Shown: piece after piece, positions 16,759 to 27,094 of the stretch
Layout of the letters: the number at the start of each line of letters is the position of its first letter
Position numbering within the stretch: position 1 is the first letter of the stretch
IMG/VR virus record: IMGVR_UViG_3300020392_000005
From: a virus
DNA: 64,000 nt
Direction: 5' to 3' (one strand)
The notes under the pieces: model-generated
The model's input: only the letters and a program-made list of their open reading frames with translations
What the model was told of the DNA's origin: nothing
Databases searched by the model: none
Made by a program: the position numbers and the translations under genes

Positions 16759-18123
16759 TTAAACTTTGAAATCAGAAAACTTATCGTATGGGTCAGTTTC
16801 AATCTCTTTCTCCTGATTGGCGTCTACAATGTTTTGTGCTTTTTGCTCTACATCATACAATCTCATCTTACTTCTATCAACGCCGATTATAAAAGAACGA
16901 TTGATTGCTGGGTCGCTATATCTGTTTTTAAGTTGTTTAACTTTCATCTGATTAAGACTATCTAGTTCTTCACTAGTCATTAATGCAAACATAAAATCAG
17001 CAGTAGCAGGTAGACCAAAACTTTCTGAAGTATCTTCTAATCCAATATCAGTAGATACAAAACCACTTCTTGTGGTTTGAGTTGCCGTGAATATAGGTAA
17101 TTTAAATTCAACAGCAAGACCTCGTAATTCTTCTGCGATTGCTTTTATATAGAAATAAGATGATATATTACCACCTTTAAATCTACTAGAGGCACATATA
17201 TTCAAATAGTCAATAAACAATACATCAGGTTTAAAACTCTTCTTTAATGCAAGTTCATTTAACAATGCTTTGAAATGTCCACTATGAGCAGAAGCAGTAG
17301 GATATTCTTTAATGATTAATTTACCAGGCGACTTACTTTTTAATCTTTCAACTCTATCATCAAACATTGTTTTAGGTAGAGCGTGTAAATCATCTGTACT
17401 AACATCTAATAGGTTAGCGTCTATTCTTTCTGCAATTCTTTCCTCAGCCATTTCTAGGGTTACATACAATACATTTTTACCTTCAAGTATACTAGAGGCG
17501 GCGAGGTGACACATAAACAAAGATTTACCAACACCTGTACCTGCAAGACAAACATTTAAAGTCTTCTGCGGAACACCGCCTTTAGTTATCTTATTGAAAT
17601 ATTGTAAGTCAAATGGTAATCTTAATTCAGTTCTATGGTACCAATCAAATCTATCATCTGCGTCATCAATGTAATCGTGCCCAATATGATTATCAAAAGA
17701 CACAGCAAGAGCTTCAGATAAAATTGAAGGAATGGCCTCCGGAGTTCTTTTCTTGTCTTTTCCATCCAAGATTTTAATGCCGTTAAGTACTGCATTGTTT
17801 ACCGCCTTGTCTTTACAGAATTTCTCCGTAGTATCAAACAACCATTGTAATTCGTTCTCTTCGTAAGAAAGTCCGTTTATAGTTTGTTTAATTGCCTTAT
17901 ACTCTTCCTCGGTAATATCTTTTCTATTTCCTAATTCTATAATCAAGGTTTCTTTTGTAGGAAGATTATTATATTTATCTACAAACTGATATATTTGGTC
18001 AAACAAAATTTTATCTGTACGATTAGCAAAGTAATCATCTTTTAGAAAAGGCAAAACTTTTCTACAATAATCTTCATTAAAAATTAAGTTTGTTAGTATT
18101 GTGTCTTCTATTCTATTTGTCAT
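16759..18123 (-). CDS. 41: Replicative DNA helicase (T4 gp41)
   Basis: LAGTGVGKS, TLEMAEE, IDYLN, SESFGLPATAD, QLKNRY. Confidence 0.95.
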   Translation of the reverse strand: MTNRIEDTILTNLIFNEDYCRKVLPFLKDDYFANRTDKILFDQIYQFVDKYNNLPTKETLIIELGNRKDITEEEYKAIKQTINGLSYEENELQWLFDTTEKFCKDKAVNNAVLNGIKILDGKDKKRTPEAIPSILSEALAVSFDNHIGHDYIDDADDRFDWYHRTELRLPFDLQYFNKITKGGVPQKTLNVCLAGTGVGKSLFMCHLAASSILEGKNVLYVTLEMAEERIAERIDANLLDVSTDDLHALPKTMFDDRVERLKSKSPGKLIIKEYPTASAHSGHFKALLNELALKKSFKPDVLFIDYLNICASSRFKGGNISSYFYIKAIAEELRGLAVEFKLPIFTATQTTRSGFVSTDIGLEDTSESFGLPATADFMFALMTSEELDSLNQMKVKQLKNRYSDPAINRSFIIGVDRSKMRLYDVEQKAQNIVDANQEKEIETDPYDKFSDFKV

Positions 18124-18436
18124 CAAGGATTGTACCATTCTTTATTCTTTCATCTAATATTTCAACTAATATATCACCAATATACTTTATAAATGCAGGT
18201 TGGTCAATATCCAAGTCCAGTTCTTCTGGTTTTCTCAATAGAGTCCATTGAAACTGCAAAGGAAGATTGCCGTCAGATTGTTCTTCATTACCAAACTGCA
18301 CCTTGCCGTATTTGTAGATTACATCTTTGTACTTGCCTTCAACGATTTTTATACTACTAAAATCGTCTCCGTCTCTTTGTACATAGACATATCTCTTATT
18401 CGCCGTAGAGGAATTTTCTTTTTGCTTGTTCATCAA
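18113..18436 (-). CDS. Conserved hypothetical protein at the T4 gene 40 position
   Basis: [12 protein letters not shown]...IGDIL; lies between uvsX and 41. Confidence 0.55.
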   Translation of the reverse strand: MMNKQKENSSTANKRYVYVQRDGDDFSSIKIVEGKYKDVIYKYGKVQFGNEEQSDGNLPLQFQWTLLRKPEELDLDIDQPAFIKYIGDILVEILDERIKNGTILDDK

Positions 18437-19415
18437 TCTTTTCTAATACTTCTTTTGTAAAATACTTTTCAGGTTCGTTCATTATAGACTTACCGAAGAC
18501 TTTAGTACCATCAGGCATTTCATATCTAGTAGATACCTTTTTGAATACACCACTCTCTTCTGCAAGTTCAATTAAACCATAATGTTTATCTAAACCTTTT
18601 TCGTAAGTTAAAAGTACATCTATCATTGCATTTTCTTTTGTCAACCTTGACTTGTAGTTTTTACAATGAATAATATTACCGACAACTTCTGTGCCGTCTT
18701 TGACTTTTCTCTTACCTAAATAAATGATTGATGAGGCAGCGTATTTAAGACCAGAGCCGCCGCCCATTTCTTTTTGTGGGAACATTGAACCGATTACATC
18801 ATAAGTATGATTGGTCATAATCATAGGTACATTTGCCTTACCTAGTTTCAATGTTAATACTCTAAATGTTGACTTCACAATTTGAGACCTTGTCATATCT
18901 CTAGTCTCTTTACCTTCGGCAGTATCTTCCATTTCTTTTGTAGTAGATAACATACCTAAACTATCTAAAACAAACATAATAGGTTTTCTATCTTTTTCAG
19001 GTTGTTCTAGGTACTTGTCAACGATTTTAATTGATTGTGTTCTAAATTCTTGTACGGTTGCAACAGGAACAACTACAAATCTTTTACTATCAATACCTCT
19101 ATCTTCAATCATATTTTTAGATACTGCACTCTCACTTTCAAAGTAAATGATACCTGCGTCTTTGTCCATATCTAAAAAGTTCTTACAGATAGATAAAGCA
19201 AAAAATGTTTTACCTGTAGCACTTTCACCAGCGATAGCGGTGATTTTATTAGCAGGCATACCGCCATATATACTGCCTGATAATAACGCATTAAGAGAAT
19301 AGCAACCTGTGTCAACAAAGTTGGTCACATCGCCAGCGTCTATGCCTTCACTTGCTAGTGTAGCATATTCATTGCCAGTCTCTTTAATAATGTCTTTAAG
19401 AAAGTCTTTTGTCAT
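18396..19415 (-). CDS. uvsX: RecA-like recombinase UvsX
   Basis: [29 protein letters not shown]. Confidence 0.95.
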   Translation of the reverse strand: MTKDFLKDIIKETGNEYATLASEGIDAGDVTNFVDTGCYSLNALLSGSIYGGMPANKITAIAGESATGKTFFALSICKNFLDMDKDAGIIYFESESAVSKNMIEDRGIDSKRFVVVPVATVQEFRTQSIKIVDKYLEQPEKDRKPIMFVLDSLGMLSTTKEMEDTAEGKETRDMTRSQIVKSTFRVLTLKLGKANVPMIMTNHTYDVIGSMFPQKEMGGGSGLKYAASSIIYLGKRKVKDGTEVVGNIIHCKNYKSRLTKENAMIDVLLTYEKGLDKHYGLIELAEESGVFKKVSTRYEMPDGTKVFGKSIMNEPEKYFTKEVLEKIDEQAKRKFLYGE

Positions 19416-19424
19416 AATTTCTCC

Positions 19425-19453
19425 ATACTATACTAATTTAACTTATTTGTCAA
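19425..19453 (-). promoter_or_regulatory. Sigma70-like promoter for uvsX
   Basis: TTGACA-17-TAGTAT. Confidence 0.55.
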
Positions 19454-19769
19454 CAGCCTGTTTCGCTCTTAACACAACTTTTCTACCAGTAGAAATGCCT
19501 TCGCCTTCTATCCGATATTGTTCATCTTTGGGAACCCAACTTGCTGGTGGTTCTTCGTACTCTTCTGGTGGTATTCTATCCCAAAGGTGTTGACCAAAGT
19601 CGCTAGGTGCAACCTCACCATATTGAGTATTGAACATACGGCCATCAAACTTATGTGCCATTTCAAATATCTTTTCTTTATTGTATGCAACTTTCCGTTG
19701 ATAATCGTAATAAGGTTTTAAGTCGCTTTCGTATTCTGATTTTTTTATCATTTCTCTCCGTTGTGTCAT
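19443..19769 (-). CDS. Hypothetical protein
   Basis: ORF track; ATGA overlap with upstream gene. Confidence 0.6.
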   Translation of the reverse strand: MTQRREMIKKSEYESDLKPYYDYQRKVAYNKEKIFEMAHKFDGRMFNTQYGEVAPSDFGQHLWDRIPPEEYEEPPASWVPKDEQYRIEGEGISTGRKVVLRAKQAVDK

Positions 19770-21019
19770 AGAAAACTTTCCAATGTCGCTCTTCTGCTTG
19801 AAGAGAAGAAGTCGTAATCTTTAGGACCAAAACACCATACATTTTCAATATACTTCATTGCCATAAATTTATTCAGTTCTTCTTTGGTCTTAAACTTTGC
19901 ATTACCTTGAGGTCTTTGCATAATGACCATACCAATCTGACCTATGAATTTGTCTCTATTACTATTTATTAATTCATCACTTGACCTGTATCGTACATTT
20001 TTGACTTTCGGATCCATTATATTTACTAACATAAATTTAGATTTAGAAAGTGTCTTTTCTGCGACAGGTAAATAGAAGTCATCACGCCATCTTTCATATT
20101 CATTAAATTTAAACCAAGATTGATTTTCTTCTAGTTCACCACCTTTATTATATTCTTCTGTACTAAAATAAGGCGGACTTGTAAACGCACAATCTATATC
20201 TGGTAACTCATCATAAGGTAAATTTTCTGCACCACAATTGTATATCTTAACTTTCTTATTAGGAAAGAATTTACTATACTCTTCAATCTGTTTCATATAT
20301 TGTTTATATGTGTTAGGGTTTGGGTCACAACCATAATATTCAGTTGCATTACTAGCAAAGAAACCTGCAAGTCTATCACCCCAACCACAAGAGGTATCTA
20401 ATACGGTGTTCGCTTTTGTCATATCATATATTGTCTTCGCAACGACAGGTTTAAATTGTGTTGCAATATATGTACCTAATCTAAAGGCACTCATATATGT
20501 ACCTTCTCTTAAATGTCTTTCAGTATTAATGCCACGCCATATAGGACCTAGACAACGCCATACATCTTTTGCGTCACCATTATTCCACACATCAATAGGT
20601 GCTTTGAAACCATAACTACTACAATTCAATCTTAAATGTTGATGAAAGTAATTAGATGATACATTGTATATTGAAGGAGCGTCTATGATACCTAGACCAT
20701 AATCTTTAAAGTTATATTCGTAATCATCATACTTCTCAAATACTTCTTTCTCTATCTGTTCTTTAGGTGTACAGATTTTAGATGTATCAAACTTACTTAA
20801 ATCAATTATATTCTTTCTCATATCTGCATATGATATTTGTTTCAAAGGAAACTTCGGTCTTTCATTTGCGATATATTGAGACAACAAAACTCTAAATTGT
20901 TCTTTGCCTAACTCTTCTGTCCATCTATCAAACTGGATAGTGTCCATTATAGGCAAACCGTTTTCGTCTGCGTAATCTTTAAGATTTAAGGTCGTATTCA
21001 AAGTTATAACTCGTTTCAT
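19766..21019 (-). CDS. Amino (N4-C/N6-A) DNA methyltransferase
   Basis: VLDTSCGWGDRL SAM motif, FTSPPYF catalytic motif. Confidence 0.8.
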   Translation of the reverse strand: MKRVITLNTTLNLKDYADENGLPIMDTIQFDRWTEELGKEQFRVLLSQYIANERPKFPLKQISYADMRKNIIDLSKFDTSKICTPKEQIEKEVFEKYDDYEYNFKDYGLGIIDAPSIYNVSSNYFHQHLRLNCSSYGFKAPIDVWNNGDAKDVWRCLGPIWRGINTERHLREGTYMSAFRLGTYIATQFKPVVAKTIYDMTKANTVLDTSCGWGDRLAGFFASNATEYYGCDPNPNTYKQYMKQIEEYSKFFPNKKVKIYNCGAENLPYDELPDIDCAFTSPPYFSTEEYNKGGELEENQSWFKFNEYERWRDDFYLPVAEKTLSKSKFMLVNIMDPKVKNVRYRSSDELINSNRDKFIGQIGMVIMQRPQGNAKFKTKEELNKFMAMKYIENVWCFGPKDYDFFSSSRRATLESFL

Positions 21020-21461
21020 TATTATTCAATAGAAAGGCACCGTTCTTTATATGAAACTTATATGCCATTTCTGTCAATGGTGATAAAGTCACCAATCTTT
21101 TTATATTAGGATAGTTTTTCAAATCGTCTCGTATTGCAAATATAATATCTCTACCTGCACCTTTACGCCAACCTGTTGACCATACGGTATATGCAACTGC
21201 AATATGACCATCAGGATTAGAAAACCTATCTAGTTCTTCTTCGTTCTTCGGTACTTCTGTACAATATGCTACACAACATATCGCAAGAGGAACATCTACG
21301 AAAGAACCATCTGCTCTACTAATATCACTATTCATAAGACCATATATTTCTCTACCTTTTGAAGTTCTAAACTCAATAGATAGATGAGGTCTTACTGGAT
21401 CCACATCAACTTTTTCAGGATCCAATTCTGTTTGTTTCTGTAAAATATCCAACTTATCCAT
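20979..21461 (-). CDS. GNAT-like conserved phage protein
   Basis: DPVRPH, YTVWS...GAGR, TLSP.T.MA..FH..NGA. Confidence 0.55.
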   Translation of the reverse strand: MDKLDILQKQTELDPEKVDVDPVRPHLSIEFRTSKGREIYGLMNSDISRADGSFVDVPLAICCVAYCTEVPKNEEELDRFSNPDGHIAVAYTVWSTGWRKGAGRDIIFAIRDDLKNYPNIKRLVTLSPLTEMAYKFHIKNGAFLLNNNETSYNFEYDLKS

Positions 21462-21467
21462 AAACTC

Positions 21468-21617
21468 CTAACTTGTATATGCAATCTCTAAAAATTTTAT
21501 TGCACCACAAATAATTAATAGTTGTATAAACGACAATCTAGTCAACGCTAAATTTGCACCTAATCTAAATGCAAATATCAATAAGAACCAGGCGATGATT
21601 ATATCTAGTTGTGTCAT
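21468..21617 (-). CDS. Small two-helix membrane protein, 49 aa (MTQLDIIIAWFLLIFAFRLG...)
   Basis: Hand-translated; ATGA overlap with the gene 43 stop. Confidence 0.6.
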   Translation of the reverse strand: MTQLDIIIAWFLLIFAFRLGANLALTRLSFIQLLIICGAIKFLEIAYTS

Positions 21618-24109
21618 ACAAAAAAACTTTCTAAACTTGCTTTTGGTTCAGCAGTCCAATTAATCGCACCCAATATAAATCTCATTGGGTCTAAAAATGT
21701 TTTCTCAAACTGCAAATCATAATCAACATATTCCTTTAGTTTAAACTCTCTAGGTAAAGTAGAGATATAACTACACACATTGAATTTGAAAGGATTAGGT
21801 TCTTTTAATAATATAAACTTAATCTTGTCACCTTCTTGTATTAAAGGATACTTGTAATCTAAATTTTGATTTTTTAGATGATAATTATATATAAGACTTC
21901 CTTTAATGTGTATCGGCGTACCTTTAATAAAAATGTCGCTAGGTGAGAAATACTTTCTCAAATTATTACAACTTCTAGGAAACGCAATCTGTTCAGGTTC
22001 ATAGTCTTTATATTCTGCTCTAAACTTTGCGATATAATTATGTAAATCAGTTTCTTCTTTATTCATAACTATTTTAATCGCTTCTCTAATCGCAACTCTA
22101 CAAACTTCAGGTGTTGAAGATTTAACTGCCTCAATGCCCATAATCTTTAGTTTAGGTTCTTCGTATCTAAAACCTTCTTCATCTAATACATTTAACATAT
22201 ATCTTTTCTTGGCAGTCCAGATACCTTTGTCTGCGATACACTCTCGTTTCATAACCATCTTTTGTTGAAATGCGTTTGTGTATCTTGCAAGTTCATTGAA
22301 ACACTTATCAATAAAAGGTTCAAGTTTATTCTCTACAACTTTATTGATAAAGTTTATCTTCTGTTCTTTAGTTTTATCTTTACATACTTTGTCAACAAGT
22401 TTATCTAAACACAAATAGATACTATCGGTATCACTTGCAACGATATAATCAACTTGGTCTTTAGTCTGTAATATATCGTTCATATATTTGTTTACTTGTT
22501 GTTCAATATACTGAATAATAAACTGCCCAGCAGTTGTAATCGCTGTCGCCTGGTGAACATTATAAAATCTAAAATACTGATTACCTATTGCACCATAAGC
22601 ACTATTCAATGATATTTTCTTTGCCCATTGTATATTATGACAACGAGATATTTCTTTTTCATATATTGGGTCTTTTGTTTTCTGAAATTCTTTCTTTGCT
22701 TCAAACTCTAATTTCTTAAAATGCACTCGGTCATTATACATCTTTTCCATAAGTTTAGGTAAGAAGCCTTGACTATCTGTTTTAAACATAGCACCATTAG
22801 GCGTAATCGTACACCCCTCCGTTTCCAGATAGTCTAAAGGCGTCTTTTGTTGCAACATTTTATTAACACTAATACCTTGAGGTTTTACACCTATCATTTT
22901 TTCAGGCGATATATTATATTGCATAATCAAATGAGGATATAGTGAGTTAATATCAAATGAAACAATCCATTTGTGTTGACCAACTTGTGGCGTCTTAACA
23001 TATGCGCCAGTATATTTCTCTTCTTTTACATTGTCGCCTCTAGGCGGCAGATGTATATTCTCTTTAAGAAGATGATTATAGATTAATGTATCCCATAGTC
23101 TTACTTCCGAAAAGACATCTTGGTAATTAATCTTTGCCTCATAGGCCATTGTTAAGATAAGTTCAATCAATCTTAACTTGTCTTCAAGTTGGTCAACAAG
23201 TTCAACATCTTTAATATTGTAATCAACAAAACTTTGAAAATCGTTTGTATACCATTCTCTAAATGTATCGTATGGGTTACTATCTTTACCATCGCTACCT
23301 AATTCTACTTTTGCGATATAGTCTAGTTTATAACTCTCTTGTCTAACAGGTATAAACTTCTTATACAAGTCAAGGTAATCTAACATTGTAATACCTTTTA
23401 TATCATAAGCAGTTTGGGCACGACCTCTTACCGTAATTTGTTCGTGTTCTATCAAACCCCAAGGCGATAATTTATTAATTACTTTGTCGCCTACTAGATG
23501 TTTTATTCTATTACATAGATAAGGTAAGTCAAAGAATTTAGTATTCCAACCTGTGATAATATCAGGATAGTTTTTAGTCCAGAATTTAAAAAACTCCATC
23601 AGTAATTGTTTTTCTGATTGACACTCAATATAGGTTACATCTGGACGCTTTGTGAAGAATGGTTTAGTTCCCCAGGTGATTATATTTTTATTTGATTGAT
23701 TTTTGATAGTAAGACATAAAATCTCTTCAATAGGATTTTCAACATCAGGGAAACCTTTTTCAGCGGTCACCTCTATATCTAATGTGAATATCTTAATTAA
23801 GTTTTTATCAAACTGAATATCACCTGGGTAGTTCTTTGCGATATACTGGAAATGATATCTGTCGTTTCCGTATAAGGGAGCAGAAGAATTTGTATAATTT
23901 CTTTTGAAGTCTCGGCACTTGTATATACTATCAAATGAGATAGGTTTTAAATTCTGACCTTGTAATGTTTTGTGATTAGTTTCGTTTTGTGTGATTGCAA
24001 ATAGAGTAGGTCTAAAATTTACCTTCTCTCTAAACTCTTCGCCTTCGTGTACACCTCTAACTAAAAGGTTGCCTTTATATTCTATTACATCTTTGTAAAA
24101 ATTAAACAT
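21614..24109 (-). CDS. 43: Family B DNA polymerase (T4 gp43)
   Basis: DIE exonuclease, SFDINSLYP, KISLNSAYG, SDTDS, KKRY. Confidence 0.97.
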   Translation of the reverse strand: MFNFYKDVIEYKGNLLVRGVHEGEEFREKVNFRPTLFAITQNETNHKTLQGQNLKPISFDSIYKCRDFKRNYTNSSAPLYGNDRYHFQYIAKNYPGDIQFDKNLIKIFTLDIEVTAEKGFPDVENPIEEILCLTIKNQSNKNIITWGTKPFFTKRPDVTYIECQSEKQLLMEFFKFWTKNYPDIITGWNTKFFDLPYLCNRIKHLVGDKVINKLSPWGLIEHEQITVRGRAQTAYDIKGITMLDYLDLYKKFIPVRQESYKLDYIAKVELGSDGKDSNPYDTFREWYTNDFQSFVDYNIKDVELVDQLEDKLRLIELILTMAYEAKINYQDVFSEVRLWDTLIYNHLLKENIHLPPRGDNVKEEKYTGAYVKTPQVGQHKWIVSFDINSLYPHLIMQYNISPEKMIGVKPQGISVNKMLQQKTPLDYLETEGCTITPNGAMFKTDSQGFLPKLMEKMYNDRVHFKKLEFEAKKEFQKTKDPIYEKEISRCHNIQWAKKISLNSAYGAIGNQYFRFYNVHQATAITTAGQFIIQYIEQQVNKYMNDILQTKDQVDYIVASDTDSIYLCLDKLVDKVCKDKTKEQKINFINKVVENKLEPFIDKCFNELARYTNAFQQKMVMKRECIADKGIWTAKKRYMLNVLDEEGFRYEEPKLKIMGIEAVKSSTPEVCRVAIREAIKIVMNKEETDLHNYIAKFRAEYKDYEPEQIAFPRSCNNLRKYFSPSDIFIKGTPIHIKGSLIYNYHLKNQNLDYKYPLIQEGDKIKFILLKEPNPFKFNVCSYISTLPREFKLKEYVDYDLQFEKTFLDPMRFILGAINWTAEPKASLESFFV

Positions 24110-24464
24110 TATTATAGTCTCTCAAATACACTTTCATACCATTATGTTTAGGTCTTAATACGACCTGACACGCTAACCTAGAATACATACGGTCATATTC
24201 AGGTTGTTGTTCTAAAATTTCTGTTTCTAAACTATTATAGTCTGCAATTCCAACTTTGTCAATATCCTCTTTAATATTAATATGACAGGTACCACAACTT
24301 TGATTGCCGCCACAATCTCCTGGTACTTCATCAATAGTAGGTTCTGCATACACACGAGCAGCATCCATCAATGTCATACCTACCGGTACTCTAACATCTT
24401 GCACTTGACCTTGTTTATTAACGAAATGAATTGTTAGAGTTTCTTTATACTCTATACCACTCAT
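24102..24464 (-). CDS. 2Fe-2S ferredoxin (adrenodoxin/putidaredoxin type)
   Basis: CGGNQSCGTCH...SRLACQ. Confidence 0.85.
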   Translation of the reverse strand: MSGIEYKETLTIHFVNKQGQVQDVRVPVGMTLMDAARVYAEPTIDEVPGDCGGNQSCGTCHINIKEDIDKVGIADYNSLETEILEQQPEYDRMYSRLACQVVLRPKHNGMKVYLRDYNNV

Positions 24465-24766
24465 TATGTTATTAATTGAGGTCCTGTTTTCTGTATTATT
24501 TTGCTTACGCTTTGATTATAACTAGCAAGTAAATCTTGTTTAGGTTCAACGATTACTAATATATGTTTCTCGTCAAAAGTAATATCGTCTGTTTCTGCAT
24601 ATGGTATATATGTGAACATACCAAACTTAATTGCCTCACCAGGTTTAGGTTGAGAAGTTGGATATATGATGTAAGGTTTCTTAATGTTTACAACACCAGA
24701 ACCTTCTTTTACTTCACCAATCAAATCTTCACCAGTTGTTAATCTTACTATCTTTATATTTTTCAT
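24464..24766 (-). CDS. Conserved T4-like Sm-fold-like protein
   Basis: IKIVRLTTGEDLIG signature; usual position downstream of regA. Confidence 0.65.
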   Translation of the reverse strand: MKNIKIVRLTTGEDLIGEVKEGSGVVNIKKPYIIYPTSQPKPGEAIKFGMFTYIPYAETDDITFDEKHILVIVEPKQDLLASYNQSVSKIIQKTGPQLIT

Positions 24767-24784
24767 AATATCTCCATACTATCA

Positions 24785-26272
24785 TTATTTTTTCTTTTTG
24801 TCAATAGGTGGTAACCTTTTACTTAATACAAAAGTCCTGTTAGGATTAACAGACGCATTGAACATACGGATAACTTCTCTATTAAGTAATACATCGGACC
24901 TCGCCCTAGGTCTTTGGTCTAGTCCAAATTCTATATCTTTATATGTGAAACCATTAAAGGTTAAATCTAATAGTACGGTAGTTCTTACTTCTGATGGTTC
25001 GTCTCCTTCTGCGTTTGCTCTAAACACTCTGGACTCCCCGTACTTCGGTGCCGAATATTTTTTGCCATTGTAGTTCCAAGTTACCGTTTTACCATTTACT
25101 TTGATATCTTCGGCGTGCATTGAACAAGCGTGAGCACCGTTACCTGTATCCATCTTCGCTCTAATCTTACCTATGTCACCAACTTCAATAGTCTCTAACC
25201 AACCTACCTCTTGTAGTGATTGTCTATCCCAGTTGTCTCTATCTATGACATACTTAACAAAATTCTTAACAAGTTGCTTACCTGATATTGCACCCCCAGG
25301 TGTAGGTCCTTGTAAATCTTTATATAGATAACCTTCGTAATCTGCACCAGTACCTGGCGAACCATTTACTTCTAATAGATAATGTTTACCATCGTGGATT
25401 ATATGGTCAACTCCTACTAGGTATGCTTTACTTACTCTACTTGCTTTTAATACTAATTCAATCTCTTCTTCACTTAACTTATAAGGTTTCGCTTCTGCAC
25501 CTCTATGAGTATTAGTTCTAAAGTCAAATGATGATTGTATTCTTTTTGTACTTGCAAATATCTTATTGTCTACCACGAAAGTTCTTACATCAAACTTAAC
25601 AGGCATAAATTCTTGTATCAACAATTCAGCACCGTGTTTCCATAATGCCTGAATAGTAGATACTAGGGATTCATAACTATCTAATTTTACAACACCAATA
25701 CCTTGCGTTCCTGTTAGAGTTTTTAAGACAACAGGAAACTTATTACCTATTAGTTTCATTGCGTCATCTATATTCTTCTCGTTAGAAACGAAAGCAGTTC
25801 TAGGTGTAGGTATACCAAACTTCTCAAATAATAGAGCAGTTGTCAATTTGTTATTACAAGTTAACATAGCGTTTCTAGTATTACACATAAACGCACCTGA
25901 ATTTTGAAAGGCAGATATAATTGATAATCCACTTTCATCTTCTACTGCACCTGCTCTGGTAACACAAACGGTATCTTTACCTATAAATGTATGTTCAGTA
26001 TCTTTACCATCATAGTTATAGATTGTTAGAGTATTCTTCTCTTCGTCTTTACCTGTAATGATAGCGTGTCTAGTTTCAATAACTACACACTTGATATTTA
26101 ATTCTTCGCAAGTATCGTTAATAAGTTTTACGGTAAGTTCTTTGTCTTCTTTACCACCGACTTTTCTCTTTTTTAAATTAGGATTAGTCTTGGTAACAAC
26201 GGCAATCGTAATTGGTTTGCCTTCTCGTTCAACCTTTTCTGTTATGAAATCTTTAAACTTTGGTACTTGCAT
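24785..26272 (-). CDS. rimK: RimK-type ATP-grasp ligase fused to a C-terminal RimB-like (retropepsin-like) protease
   Basis: GTQGIGV, LLIQEF, DFRTN.HRG, GVD, LEVNGSPG; then VGW.E, AKMDTG, VLLNR. Confidence 0.8.
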   Translation of the reverse strand: MQVPKFKDFITEKVEREGKPITIAVVTKTNPNLKKRKVGGKEDKELTVKLINDTCEELNIKCVVIETRHAIITGKDEEKNTLTIYNYDGKDTEHTFIGKDTVCVTRAGAVEDESGLSIISAFQNSGAFMCNTRNAMLTCNNKLTTALLFEKFGIPTPRTAFVSNEKNIDDAMKLIGNKFPVVLKTLTGTQGIGVVKLDSYESLVSTIQALWKHGAELLIQEFMPVKFDVRTFVVDNKIFASTKRIQSSFDFRTNTHRGAEAKPYKLSEEEIELVLKASRVSKAYLVGVDHIIHDGKHYLLEVNGSPGTGADYEGYLYKDLQGPTPGGAISGKQLVKNFVKYVIDRDNWDRQSLQEVGWLETIEVGDIGKIRAKMDTGNGAHACSMHAEDIKVNGKTVTWNYNGKKYSAPKYGESRVFRANAEGDEPSEVRTTVLLDLTFNGFTYKDIEFGLDQRPRARSDVLLNREVIRMFNASVNPNRTFVLSKRLPPIDKKKK

Positions 26273-26702
26273 CCGAGGTCTCTTCCTTTTTGTCTTCTAG
26301 TTTCTTACCAATATTATATTTAGCACTCAAATTCCATTCTTTCTTTTCTTTAAAAGGTAATACTTTTATCTGACTTAAAGGTGCCTTATCTTCGGCTGCC
26401 TCTTTCTTAACTACTGATATTAAGTTCCAATCTTGTAGTAGTACGGCGATTGTATTTCTTCTTTGAATATCGTTTTGAGTTAATGTTGCTTTCTTACCAT
26501 CTAAAGCAAATAGTTCTTTGAAGTGTACAATGAAGTATTTACCTTGTTTGTGAAGTATATGGCAAGATTGAAATAGTGTCTTGTCTTTACGACTTGCAAC
26601 GCCTATTCTTGTTAATGTCTCTCTTACTTTTAAAAAATCGTCAGGTTGCTTTATTGTTACCTCAAGCATATCTTCTGGCGACCAGTTAACGCTATCTGTC
26701 AT
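26253..26702 (-). CDS. regA: Translational repressor RegA
   Basis: DDFLKVRETLTRIG...CHILHKQG..YFIVHFKELF. Confidence 0.97.
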   Translation of the reverse strand: MTDSVNWSPEDMLEVTIKQPDDFLKVRETLTRIGVASRKDKTLFQSCHILHKQGKYFIVHFKELFALDGKKATLTQNDIQRRNTIAVLLQDWNLISVVKKEAAEDKAPLSQIKVLPFKEKKEWNLSAKYNIGKKLEDKKEETSDASTKV

Positions 26703-27094
26703 TTCTGTTTTCTCCCACCCTTTTGCAAGGATTTTTTTATAAGTTCAATTTGTTGTTTAGTCAATATGCTGAGAGCGGTCTTTGCTTTTTCATTACTATA
26801 ACCATAATACTCTTTTACATACTCTAAATTTGAAAGTTTTTCAACTTTTGCCCAACGAGCAAATCGCTTTTTCTTTCTTACAATATTTAGTAAAAACGAA
26901 TATTGAACCTGATTGGGAAGAAAATGATACCCGTTCATTTCATTTGCAATGGGTAAGGTATCGTGGTGATAAGATAGACAACGATTAACAATATACGCTG
27001 GGTACTTCTTCTCCCAGAATATATCTCCGTCTGCCATCAAGTCCTGTTTAGTGAAGTTAATACTATTCAGGTAATCTTTGAGTTCGTAAGCCAT
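26699..27094 (-). CDS. 62: Clamp loader small subunit (T4 gp62)
   Basis: RKKKRF..W.K, VKEYYGYSNEKA. Confidence 0.9.
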   Translation of the reverse strand: MAYELKDYLNSINFTKQDLMADGDIFWEKKYPAYIVNRCLSYHHDTLPIANEMNGYHFLPNQVQYSFLLNIVRKKKRFARWAKVEKLSNLEYVKEYYGYSNEKAKTALSILTKQQIELIKKSLQKGGRKQK

